Assembly (NCBI GenBank): GCA_038087875.1
Contig: JAXLNO010000245.1
Coordinates: 51,230-71,229, forward strand
Length of the DNA stretch: 20,000 nt
Direction of reading: 5' to 3'
From: Malacoraja senta
Taxonomy: Eukaryota
Below are positions 9,344-19,985 of the stretch, piece after piece. Each line of letters starts with the position of its first letter. The stretch's first letter is position 1. The notes beneath the pieces are model-generated. The model was not told the origin of the DNA and searched no databases. It saw only the letters and a program-made list of their open reading frames with translations. The position numbers and the translations under genes are program-made.

Positions 9344-9776
9344 GTCAGTTAACATACTGATTGTCCTGACCTTAGCTCATTGCAGCACTCAGAAACCACC
9401 AGCAGGAAACCACTAGTGAGCACAGGTACCTTCATTATCCATGTATCCCGTTGGGCCAGGTTGCCATCTAGTGTCAGAATTATTCACATATTAATTATCC
9501 GTACCTTTTGTACCCGGTTATGTACGGAGCCAAGAAGTCTCGACCTTTGTGTAATATAAAGTATAGATTCTGTAATTTACATATCAATCCACCTCACCCT
9601 TGTACTTCCTTACTCATTCTCTTTTTGGTGGAAAATGCTCTGCTGTAGCAACATAATTTTAGAGTTGGGGTCACAGCCCTTCACCGTGACACTTCTCTCC
9701 TTGTGCCAGTAAACTCACTGCTGACGGTGAATCAAGTCGTCCACGAGTCTTATTGAAGAGTTTGTCTTCCACACCC

Positions 9777-10220
9777 ATGATGAGCGTTTGACCACACTGG
9801 GCCTGTACTCACTGCGGTTTAGAAGAATGAGGGTGGGGGACCTCATTGAAACATAGAGAATTGAGAAAGACTTGGATAGAGTGCATGTGGAGAGGATGTT
9901 TCCACTAGTGGGGGAGTTTAGCACTAGAGGCCATAGGCTCAGAATAAAATGCCATGTTTTGGGAAAGATATTAGAAATATCTTTATTCAGACGGTGGTGA
10001 ATTTGTGGAATCCTTTTCCACAATAGAGGCCAAGTCAGCGGATATTACTAAGGCAGAGATGGATAGATTCTTGATTTGTACAGGTGTCAGAGGTTAGGGG
10101 GTGAAGGCAGGAGAATGTGGCAAGGAGGGAGAGATAGATCAGCCATGATTGAATGGTGGAGTAGACTTCATGGGCCGAATGGCCTAATTCTACTGCTATC
10201 ACTGATGACCTTATGACATA
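9777..10220 (+). mobile_element. CR1-type LINE 3' end
   Basis: LGLYSLRFRRM.. region, GGGCCGAATGGCCT terminal motif and a (TATGACC)-like tail. Confidence 0.88.
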
Positions 10221-10221
10221 T

Positions 10222-10562
10222 CCTTTCTGTACTCCATCCCGTTATTGGTCGTGATTCATCCCACCACAGTGTTGTCATTTGCAAACTTGTAGATGGAATT
10301 AGATCAACATTTGGCCTTGGTGTCATGTGTATAGGGAGTGTATTAGAGTACTGAGAACGCATCCTTGCGGGGCACCAGTGTTGATGATTATTGTGGATGA
10401 GATGCTGTCACCTATCTTCACCGTTTGGAAGGGTCAGAAAGTTGCAGATCCAGTGGTAGAGGGTGGAGCTGATTCCTAGTTCCAGCAGCTTGGAGATCAG
10501 TTTGGATGGGATTATGGTGTTGAAGTCAGAGCTATAGCGGATAGATAGGAGTCTAACATACG
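10222..10562 (-). mobile_element. Rex1/Babar-like LINE RT fragment
   Basis: Minus strand: YVRLLSIRYSSDFNTIIPSKLISKLLELG...NTGAPQGCVLS...YSLYTHD...NSIYKFANDNTVVG (degenerate KFADDTTVVG). Confidence 0.82.
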
Positions 10563-10579
10563 ACAATTCCTAACGTAGC

Positions 10580-11880
10580 AATTCCTGCTATTGAGAGAGT
10601 GCAGCATAGGGTCACCAGGTTAGTCAAATCTGCTTAACCTTATCCGCTGCCTGGAAGATATAAAGTGTTGGATGGCCCAGAACTTCCTCCAACTAAACGA
10701 GAGTAAGTCTGAGGTCATCCTTCTCGACCCCTCGGACTCAATCAAAATGATAGCAGGCAGTCTTGGAAGCCTTACCCCACTACTCAAACCTCACGTCAAA
10801 AACCTTGGCGTGATATTTGACTCAGCACTGAAATTTGACAAACAAGTCAATGCCGTGGTAAAAGCTAGCTTCTTCCAGCTTCGGACAATAGCTAAAATAA
10901 AACAATTCCTCCAGTTTGATGACCTCGAAAAGATCATCCACACATTTATCTCCTCCCGCCTAGATTACTGCAACTCCCTCTACACTGGCATCAGCCAATC
11001 TTCCCTGTCCCGCCTGCAACTGGTCCAAAACGCCGCAGCGAGACTCCTGACGGGCACCCGAAAAAGGGACCACGTCACCCCGATACTGGCCTCTCTCCAC
11101 TGGCTCCCTGTGCAGTTCCGTATAAACTTCAAGATCCTCCTTTATGTCTAAAAAGCCTTTAATGGGCTTGCCCCCACCTATACCAAAAGTCTGCTCACCC
11201 ATCACACCACCTCCAGGTCCCTCAGATCGTCCGACTTGGGGTTGCTGAATAACCCGCAGTCTAGGCATAAGCTCAGGGGTAATTGCGCTTTTGCGGTTGC
11301 AGCTCCTAGACTGTGGAACAGCATCCCTCTTCCCATCAGAACTGCCCCCTCCATCGACTCCTTTAAGTCAAGACTTAAAACTCATCTCTACCCCCAAGCC
11401 TTTCTTGACGTCCTCTGAGCAAGTGCTATATGTATGTAGTGATGTTTGTATTTAATCTATGAACCATTGTTGGATAACGTTAATACCTCCACCAATGTAA
11501 CGCACTTTGGCCAACGAGAGTTGTTTTTTAAATGTGCTACAGAAATAAAAGTGAGTTGACCTGACGACTTCATTCCCTGGATGGCTTGATTGACAAGTGA
11601 TGAAAGAATGGGTCGACTAAACTGGAAATTAGACGGATGAGAGTGGATCTTTTGGAAAGATATAAAATTCTTAAGAGAATGGACAGGCTAGATGCAGGAA
11701 ATATGTTCCCGATGTTGGGGGAGGCCAGAAACAGGGGTCATGGTTTAAGAATAAGGGGCTGGCCATTTAGGACCGAGATGAGGAAAAACCTTTTCACCCC
11801 GAGAGTTGTGAAGCTGTGGAATTGTCTGTTGCCGCAGAAGGCAGTGGAGGCCAACTCACTGGATGTTTCCAAGAGAGAGC
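10580..11880 (+). mobile_element. CR1-type fragment split by an L2 insertion (10580-10622 plus 11571-11880)
   Basis: ...GTCACCAGGTTA | ATTCCCTGGATGG... rejoins to the CR1 sequence TTCACCAGGTTAATTCCCGGGATGG seen intact at ~18394-18418. Confidence 0.8.
10623..11570 (+). mobile_element. 5'-truncated L2-clade LINE
   Basis: CLEDIKCWMAQNFLQLNESKSEV...VKNLGVIFDS...ISSRLDYCNSL...LQLVQNAAARLLT...LHWLPV...AFAVAAPRLWNSIP...FKSRLKTHL. One in-frame stop at 11149-11151 and a native stop at 11418. 3' UTR has AATAAA and a (GACTT)-like tail. Confidence 0.93.
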
Positions 11881-12604
11881 GACGGGGAGGGGGGGGGCAG
11901 CAAGAAGGGGAGAGTGTGGGGAGGTGAAGGTGGAGGGGCAGAGGGAGGGGGTGAGGGAGGGACTGAGGTGGTAAGGGAGTGTGAGAGGATGGGGCAGAGG
12001 GAAGGGGTGGGGGAGAGGGAGGAGGAGGGAGAGGGAATGGGAGGGGGGACAGGTAGAGGGAGGGGGAGACGGACGGACAGACGGCAGAGAGGTGGTCAGA
12101 GTGTGGGTCAGGAGGGGCAGGTGGGGTGCCTGAGGGACGGCACTGGGTGGGAGGGGCAGGGGGAGGGGGAGGGGAAGGGGGAGAGGGAGGGGGAGAGGGA
12201 GGGGACGGGGGAGGGGGAGGGGGAGGGGGGTGGGAGGGAGTGAGGGAGGGGGAGGCGGAGGCGGAGGGGGAGGGGAAGGGGGAGGGGGAGGGGGAGGAAG
12301 TTGCAGAGGAAGGGGGATGGAGGGGAAGGGGCAGTGTGAAGAAGTGAGGGGGAGGGGATAGTCAGAGGGAGAGCCTTCCGAAGAGGTGAGGGGGGGGGGT
12401 TGAGAGAGTGGAAGAGGGGCAGAGGGAGAGGACTTGGAGCAGGGAGGTTAGGAGACAGGGAGGGAGAATGGGAGGAGGAGGCGAAGGTGGAGGAGGGTTA
12501 GGTAGAGAGGTAGGGCAAGGGACACGGGAGAGTGAGGTGGGAGGGGGATGTGGGAGAGGTGGGGGAGAATGAGGGGGAGAGGTAGTGGGGAGATTGAGGG
12601 GGGA
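11881..12604 (+). repeat. G/A-rich low-complexity tract
   Basis: Dense GGGGA/GGAGG runs with strong purine strand asymmetry. Confidence 0.95.
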
Positions 12605-12860
12605 CACAAACATGTTCCCCACTACCGATGTCAGGCTAACTGTCTATGATTCCGTTTTCTCTCTCCATCCTTTCGTAAACTGTGAAGTTACATTAGCTCC
12701 CCTCCAGTCCATGGGAACTGATCCAGAGTCTATAGAACATTGGACAATGATCACCAATGCATCCACGATTTCCAGGGCCACCTCCTTGAGTACTCTGTGA
12801 TGCAGGCCATAAGGCCCTGGGGATCTATCTGCCTTCAGTGTAAACAGTTTACCTACATTT
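12605..12860 (-). mobile_element. CR1-type LINE, RT N-terminal fragment
   Basis: LKADRSPGPYGLHHRVLKEVALEIVDAL...SGSVPMDWRGANVT...(Y)RQLA/LTSVVG, degenerate. Confidence 0.87.
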
Positions 12861-12867
12861 TCCTGAC

Positions 12868-13845
12868 TAGAAAAATAGAAATAAAGAACCATAGAAAATA
12901 GGTGCAGGAGTAGGCCATTCGGCCCTTTCAGTCAGAACGGCCATTCAATACAATCATGGCTGATCTTCCAAAATCAGTACCCGTTCCTGCTTTTTCCCCC
13001 ATATCCCTTGATTCCATCAGCCCTAAGAGCTACATCTAACTCAATCTTGAAAACATCCAGTGGTTTCACCTCCACTGCTTTCTGAGCCAGATAATTCCAC
13101 AGATTCACAACTCTCCGGGTTAAAAATGTCTTTACTCGTTTCAGTCCTAATTCTTTAACTGTGACCCCTGGCTCTGGACTCCCCCAACAGCGGGAACATA
13201 TATCCATCATCTACCCTGTATAATCCTCTAAGAATGTTATATGTTTCTTTAAAATCCCCTCTCATCTCTCAAAATTCCAGCGAATACAAGCCCAGTCGAC
13301 CCATTATTTCCATCATACGTCAGTCCCGCCATCTCGGGATTTAATCTCCTGAACCTACACTGCATTCCCTCAATGGCAATAATGTCCTTCCTCAAATTAG
13401 GAGACCAAAATTGCACACAATACTCCAGGTGTGGTCTCAGCAGGACCCTGTACAAATGCAGTAGGATCTCCTTGTTTCTAAACTCAAATCCTCTCACAAT
13501 GAAGGCCAACATGCCATTGGCTTTCTTTACTGTCTGCTGTACCTGCATGCGTACTTTCAGTGACTGATGTATAAACACACCCAGGTCTCGTTGCACCTCC
13601 GCTTGTCCTAATCTGACGCCATCCAGATAATAATCTGCCTTCCTGTTCCTGCCACCAAAGTGGATAACCTCACATTGATCCACATTATACTGCATCTGCC
13701 ATGCTTCAGCCCAATCACCCAACCTATCCAAGTCACGCTGCAGCATCATAGCATCCTCCTCACAGCTCACATTGCCACATAGCTATAGAATGTGTCATCC
13801 GCAAACGTAGAGATGTTACATTTAATTCCCTCGTCTAAATCGTCA
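12868..13845 (-). mobile_element. CR1-type LINE 3' portion with degenerate (TTTCTATG)n tail
   Basis: LQRDLDRLGDWAEAWQMQYNVDQCEVIHFG...RDLGV...[19 protein letters not shown]; tail at 12868-12900. Confidence 0.92.
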
Positions 13846-13896
13846 TTTACATAGTTCCCTCATCTAACTCGTTATTTAATTCCCTCGTCTAACTGT

Positions 13897-14620
13897 GTAT
13901 TTACCTGATCTATTCCTCTCATGATTTTGTACATCTCTATAATTCACTCCTCACCCTCCTGCGCTCCAAGGAATAATGTCCTGTCCTGCCCAATGTCCCT
14001 CTATAGCTCAGACCCTCGTATCCTAGCAACAGCCTCGTTAATCTTCTCTGCACCCTTTCCAGTTTGACAACATATTTGCACGGTGACCAAAACTGAACAC
14101 AATACTCTAAATGTTGTACTCGCTTGTACTCGCTAGAATTTAGAAGATTGAGGGGGGATCTTGTAGAAACTTACAACATTCTTAAGGGGTTGGACAGGCT
14201 AGATGCAGGAAGATTGTTCCCAATGTTGGGGAAGTCCAGAACAAGGGGTCACAGTTTAAGGAGAAGGGGGAAGTCTTTTAGGACCGAGATGAGAAAAACA
14301 TTTTTCACACAGAGAGTGGTGAATCTGTGGAATTCTCTGCCACAGAAGGTAGTTGAGGCCAGCTCATTGGCTATATTTAAGAGGGAGTTAGATGTGGCCC
14401 TTGTGGCTAAAGGGGTCAGGGGGTATGGAGAGAAGGCAGGTACAGGATACTGAGTTGGATGATCAGCCATGATCATATTGAATGGCGGTGCAGGCTCGAC
14501 GGGCCGAATGGCCTACTCCTGCACCTACTTTCTATGTTTCTATGTTTCTAAATGTACTTTCATCTACGTCTTATACAACTGTAAGATGACCTCCCAACTT
14601 CTACACAATACTCTGTCTGA
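13897..14620 (-). mobile_element. Older CR1-type fragment (13897-14114 plus 14556-14620) interrupted by a younger CR1
   Basis: + strand GGTGACCAAAACTGAACACAATACTCTAAATGT continues after the insert as ...CGTCTTATACAACTGTAAGATGACCTCCCAAC, i.e. the reverse complement of the [15 protein letters not shown] region. Confidence 0.75.
14115..14546 (+). mobile_element. Young 5'-truncated CR1 insertion with TSD
   Basis: Open ORF end 14124-14453 (YSLEFRRLRGDLVETY...RTRGHSL...FFTQRVVNLWNSLP), a clean TTTCTATG tail, and TCTAAATGT at 14106-14114 and 14547-14555. Confidence 0.93.
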
Positions 14621-14925
14621 GGCTTTCAGTTTAGGAGCAAGAAGGTCGTACTGCAGTTGTACAGCGCCCTGGTGAGATGGCACTTGGAGTATTGTGTACA
14701 ATTTTGGTCTCCTAATTTGAGGAAGGACATTCTTGCTATAGAGGGAGTACAGCGTAGGTTCGCCAGGTTTGGCGGGATGGCGGGACTGATATATGATGAA
14801 AGAATGGGTCGACTGGGCTAGTATTCGCTTGAATTTATAAGGATGAGAGGGTATCTTGCAGAAACATGTAAAATTCTTCGAGGATTGGACTGGGTAGATG
14901 CAGGAAAAATGTTACAGATGTTGGG
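14621..14925 (+). mobile_element. CR1-type LINE fragment
   Basis: [37 protein letters not shown]... Confidence 0.87.
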
Positions 14926-15385
14926 AGAGAAGGAATGGGTGACGTTTCGGGTCTAGACCCTTCTTCAGACTCGTTGGGATAAGAAAAGAGAAAGATATAG
15001 ACGATGTTTTAGACAGATAAGGAACAGTGAATTAAAGTGATGTCAAAAGTAACGATGATTCAGGAAACTGGCCATTGTTAGCTACATGTTGGGTGAAGCT
15101 GGTGCAACTTGGGTGGGGGAAGGATAGAGAGGGAGGGAAAGCAAGGGTCACTTGAAGTTAGAGAAATCAATGTTCATACCACTGGGTTCCTCAAATTTGC
15201 GTTTAACCTCACTCTGACAATGGAGGACACCTTGGACAGAAAGGTCAGTGTGGGAATTGGAACGATAATTAAATTGTTTAGCAACTGTGAGAGCAGGTAG
15301 GTCCAGGCAGACGGAGCGAAGGTGTTCAGCAAAACGATCGCCCAGTCAACGTTTAGTCTCACCGATGTAAAAGAGTCTATCATTT
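14926..15385 (-). mobile_element. Penelope-like element 3' fragment (GIY-YIG plus terminal region with hammerhead)
   Basis: Minus strand LFYIGETKR*LGDRFAEHLRSVCLDLP...GMNIDFSNFK* (stop at 15148-15150), followed by UTR ending in a hammerhead motif. Confidence 0.88.
14937..14972 (-). ncRNA. Minimal type I hammerhead ribozyme motif (Penelope-associated)
   Basis: Minus strand GAGU-CUGAAGA-A-GGGU-CUAG-ACCC-GAAAC-GUC-ACCC. Core CUGAnGA and GAAA, 4-bp stem II, palindromic ACGU stem III, GUC cleavage triplet; stem I is weak. Confidence 0.7.
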
Positions 15386-15599
15386 AGACTCCATCATTTA
15401 CTGAGCTCATGACATAGCAAAGCATCACCTGAGACTTGTCACAGTTCCTCTGCTGTTCCTCAGCTGACTTTTGGGAAACCTACAGAATCCCATCAGAATG
15501 AATGCACCTTTCCTATTTAATGCTCTGCCCATGTACCGAGGTACAGTGTCAAGCTTTGCTTTGCATGCTATATAATCAGATAAGTCTATACAAGCAAAC

Positions 15600-16195
15600 T
15601 CAATTCTAGCTTTTTTTCAACGGGGCTTGTATACAAAAACAGGGATATAATGTTAAGTCTCTATAAGGCTCTGGTCAGGCCACATTTGGAACATTGTGAG
15701 CAATTTTGGGCACCATATCTGAGGAAGGATGTGCTGGTTCTGGAGGGGGTTCAGAGGACGTTTACAAGAAAGATCCCAGGAATGAGTAGGTTAACCTATG
15801 ATCAGTGTTTATCGGCGCTGGGCCTGTACTCGCTGGAGTTTAGATGAATAAGTGGGGACCACATTGAAACGTAGAGAATAATGAACAGCTTGGATAGAGT
15901 GGATGGGGACAGGATGTTTCCACTAGTGGAAGAGTTTAGGACTAGATGTCATAGCCTCAGAATTAAAGGACGTTCATTTAGGAATGTGTTGAGAATACAT
16001 TTATTTAGTCAGAGGGTGGTGAATCTGTGATTTGTTTTGCCACAGAAAGCTGTGGTGGCTGACAGTGGATATACTTAAGGCAGAGATAGATAGATTCTTG
16101 ATTAGCACAGATGTCAGAGGATATGGGGAGAAGGCAGAAGAAAGACTTGCTGGGCCGAAAGTCCTAATTCTACTCCTATTATTATGACCTTATTA
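15600..16195 (+). mobile_element. CR1-type LINE 3' portion
   Basis: [36 protein letters not shown]...; 3' end GGGCCGAAAGTCCTAATTCTACTCCTAT..TATGACC. Confidence 0.9.
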
Positions 16196-16334
16196 TAATC
16201 AAGTCAATCTCAAGGACAATACGTGGAGTAAAGTGCAGGATACAGATTGCAGAATGTATCTCTCAGCATTGTAACACATCAGTTCCAAAGATGCAGTCTA
16301 TGGGAACATTGAACATTCATGTGTAATTCATGTT

Positions 16335-16440
16335 TACAGGGATATGGGTCAAACACAGGCTGGTAGTACGAGTGTATGGGTCATGGGCATGGACAAGTTG
16401 GGCCAGAGGGCCTGTTTCCATGCTGTATGACTCTATGTCT
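16335..16440 (+). mobile_element. CR1-type / CR1-tailed SINE 3' end
   Basis: GGGATATGGGTCAAACACAGG...GGCATGGACAAGTTGGGCCAGAGGGCCTGTTTCCATGCTGTATGACTCTATG. Confidence 0.75.
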
Positions 16441-16549
16441 GAAGCCCCCACCCCCTGCACCAGCTTCTGAGTCACCTACTGATCTGCACTGTCTTCCTCT
16501 TTCTTGTCTCTTGAACACGGGGCACAGGTAGTGCGATCCCTTATCTCCG

Positions 16550-16662
16550 TGTCTCCCTTTCCCCTGACTCTCAGTCTGAAGAAGAGGCTTGTCCCGCTGA
16601 GTTACTCCAGCATTTTGTGTCTACCTTCGGTTTAAACCAGCATCTGCAGTTCCTTCTTACAC
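16550..16662 (+). mobile_element. Penelope terminal-region fragment, internally deleted
   Basis: CAGTCTGAAGAAG...CCCGCTGAGTTACTCCAGCATTTTGTGTCTACC shares sequence with 9262-9343 and the reverse complement of 19233-19520. Confidence 0.72.
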
Positions 16663-16792
16663 AGAGTGAGATTACAAGACTGGAGTTACTTTTTAACCAC
16701 CTGTCTCACTCCCTGCCTCATCTCCCTCCCTACCTGTGTCATTGCTAGTAATATGGACTATGAGCTCTGGCTGCTCACCTCCCCCTTTCAGA

Positions 16793-17848
16793 ATAGAAAC
16801 AAAGAAACACAGAACATAGGTGCAGGACAAGGCCATTCGGCCCTTGAGCCAGCACCGCCATTCAATATGATCATGGCTGATCATCCAAAATCAGTACCCC
16901 GTTCTTGCTTTCTCCCCATCTCCCTTGATTCCGTTAGCCCTAAGAGCTATATCTAACACTCTCTTGAATACATCAAGTAAATTGGCCTCCACTGCCTTCT
17001 GTGCCAGAGAATTCCACAAATTCACAGCTCTCTGGGTGAGAAAGGTTTTCCTCATCTCAGTCCTGAATTGCCTTCCCCTTATTCTTAAACTGTGACCCCC
17101 CTGGTTCTGGACTTCCCCAACATCGGGAACATTTCTCATGCATCAAGCCTGTGCAATCCCTTAAGAAACATATATGTATCTTTCATATACCCTCTCATCC
17201 TGAATTCCAGTAAATAGAAGCCCAGTCGATCCATTCTTGCATCATATGTCAGTCTCGCCATCCCGGGAATTAACCTGATGAACCTACGCTGCACTCCCTC
17301 AATAGCAAGAATGTCCTTCCTCAAATTAGGAGACCATAAAGCACACAATACTCCTGGCGTGTTCTCACCAGGTCCATGTATACTGCAGTAGGAACAGCCT
17401 ACTCCTATAGTCAAATCCTCTCGCTATGAAGGCAAACATGCCATTAGCTTTCATCTCTGCCTGCTGTACCTGCATGTTTACTTTTAGTGGCTGATGTACA
17501 AGGATACCCAGGCCACGATGCACCTGTCCATTTCCAAACCTGATACCATTCAGATAATAATCTGCCTTCTTGTTCTTGCCATCAAAGTGGATAACCTCAC
17601 ATTTATCCACATTATACTGAATCTTCCATGCATCTGCCCACTCACCCAACCTATCCGTCAACCTGCAGCCTCATAGCATCCTCCACGCAGCACACACTGC
17701 CACCCAGCTTTGTGTCATATACAAACGGAGATGTTACATTTAATTCCTTTGACTACATTGTTAATATCTATTGTCAATAACTGGGGTCCCAGCACTGAGC
17801 CTTGCAACACTCCGCTAGTCAATGCCTGCCATTATGAAAAGTACCCGA
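16793..17848 (-). mobile_element. CR1-type LINE 3' portion
   Basis: [64 protein letters not shown]; degenerate tail at 16793-16815. Confidence 0.92.
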
Positions 17849-17924
17849 TGTCCTGTGTCCGCTCAGATCTGGCACCAGATAGGCAACACATTGTACTGTA
17901 GTCTCGCCCATGGCTGCAGAAACA

Positions 17925-19085
17925 GCAGAGTCCCCATCACTATTTGAGCAATTTTGGACACCATATCTGAGGAAGGATAGGCTGGCTCTGGAGAGGGTCC
18001 AGAGGAGGTTTTCAAGAATGATCCCAGGAACGAGTAGGTTAACCTATGATGAGCGTTTGTCGGCACTGGGCCTGTACTCGCTGGAGTTTAGAAGAATGAG
18101 GCGGGACCTCATTGAAACGTACAGAATAGTGAAAGGCTTTGATAGAGTGGATGTGGAGAAGATGATTCCACTAGTGGTTGAGTCGAGGACTAGAGGGCGT
18201 AGCCTCAGAATTAAAGGCTGTTCATGTTGGAAGGAGAGGAGGAGGAATTTCTTCAGTCAGAGGGAGGTGAATCTGTGGAATTCTTTGCCAGAGAAGGCTG
18301 TGGAGGACAAGTCAGTGGATATTTGTAAGGCATAGGTAGAAAGATTCTTGATTAGTACAAAAATCAGGGGTTGTTGAGGGCGTGCAGCGTAGGTTCACCA
18401 GGTTAATTCCCGGGATGGTGGGACTGTCATATGCTGAGAGAATGGAGCGGCTGGGCTTGTATACTCTGGGATTTAGAAGGATGAGAGGGTATATTATTGA
18501 AACATATAAGATTATTAAGGGTTTGGACACGCTAGAGGCAGGAAACATGTTCCCGATGTTGGGGGAGTCCAGAACCAGGGGGAAAAGGGAAGTGCAACGA
18601 GACTTGGATGTCCTTGTGCATCAGTCACTGAAAGTAAAGATGTGGATACAACAGGCAGTGAAGAAAGCGAATGAAATGTTGGCCTTCATAACAGGAGTAA
18701 AGAGGTCCTTCTGCAGTTGGACAGGGCCCTGCTGAGACTATATCTGGAGTATTATGTGAAATTTGGTCTCCTAATTTGAAGATAGACATCCTTGCTATTG
18801 AGGCAGTGCAGCGTAGGTTCACGCGGTGAAGACGGAGATGGAGCATTTTTGCACCAAATGTATGACCAATATTTCAGAAATTAACAGGAATCTGAGGTAG
18901 CGTCTTCACATAGAGGGTGCTGGGTGTATGGAACGAGCTGCCAGAGGAGGTAGTTGAGGCTGGGACAGGTTTAGATGGATATGGGCCAAACGCGTGTGAG
19001 TGGGACTAGTGTAGATGGGACATGTTGGTCGGTGTGGGCAAGTTGGGCTGAAGGGCCTGTTTCCGCACTGAATCATTCTATGGCT
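17925..19085 (+). mobile_element. Cluster of at least four CR1-type fragments (~17925-18365, 18370-18580, 18581-18825, 18895-19085)
   Basis: Repeated, out-of-order CR1 RT C-terminal motifs (VQRRFTRLIPG, EVQRDLDVLVH, VWNELPEEVV) and a terminal GGGCCTGTTTCCGCACTG..TTCTATG. Confidence 0.85.
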
Positions 19086-19232
19086 AAAAAGTTAAGAAGA
19101 ACAATGCATGTAGATAAGTAGAGCAGATTTGACAGAGGTGTGAAATGTAAAGGCAGAGAGAGGTTTATGGGTGGAAAGGAACATAGGAAAGGAGGGGGGA
19201 GGGTGGGCTTGGGCAGATGGGTGAAGGTAAAA

Positions 19233-19522
19233 TAGACACAAAGTGCTGGAGTAACTCAGTGGGTCAGGCACCATCTGTGGAGAACATGGATAGGTGACAT
19301 TTCACAGAGTGCTGGAGTAACTCAGCGGGTCAAGCAGCATCTGTGGAGAACATGGATAGGTGACGTTTCACAGAGTGCTGGAGTAACTCAGTGGGTCTGG
19401 CAGCATCTGTGGAGAACATGGATAGGTGACGTTTCACAGAATGCTGGAGTAACTCACTGGATCAGGCAGCATCTCTGGAGAAAAGGTATAGATCATATTT
19501 TGGGTCAAGACCTTTCTTCAGT
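19233..19522 (-). repeat. 66-bp tandem repeat (about 4 units) of Penelope terminal sequence, headed by a degenerate hammerhead
   Basis: GCTGGAGTAACTCA starts at 19245, 19311, 19377 and 19443 (66-bp period). The minus strand begins CTGAAGAAAGGTCTTGACCCAAAAT. Confidence 0.9.
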
Positions 19523-19699
19523 AATATTCATGATGTGACATGCATAGACATTCCTGAATGTTACCCAAACCATCGTGAGCTACTTTGTGACGGTGCTTAC
19601 CCTCTCCTATAACGTATCTGCTGCCTGGGTGATGCAGGACAGGACACAAGGTTTGGGACACGGTGTGAAGCTGTTGCCGTCTGTCCCAGCCTGGTAAAA

Positions 19700-19985
19700 A
19701 CCTGGATGGAGTGGATGTGGAGAGGATGTTTCCACTAGTGGGATAGTCTAGGACCAGTGGCCACAGCCTCAGAATTAAAAGACGTTCCTTTAGGAAGGAG
19801 ATGAGCAGGAATTTCTTAAGTCAGAGGGTGGTGAACTGTGGAATTCATTGCCACAGAGAGCTGTGGAGGCCAAGTCAGAGGACACTTTTCAGGAGGAGAT
19901 TGATAGAATCTTGATTGATACGGGTGTCAGAGGTAATGGGGAGAAGGCAGGAGAATGGGTTTGAGAGGGAAAGATAGATAGCCAT
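19700..19985 (+). mobile_element. CR1-type LINE 3' portion
   Basis: DVERMFPLVG*SRTSGHSLRIK..FRKEMSRNFLSQRVVN; same family as 9777-10220. Confidence 0.88.

Noticed and set aside
11863..12622. Gly/Glu-rich and Pro-rich ORFs
   Set aside because: Low-complexity purine tract with no coding signature.
13820..13895. Short triplicated TTCCCTC(G/A)TCTAA motif
   Set aside because: Local slippage at the truncated 5' end of a CR1 copy; no further structure.
19233..19500. CRISPR array or tandem active hammerheads
   Set aside because: No spacers, and the units contain GAAACGUC but no CUGAnGA-stem II core.
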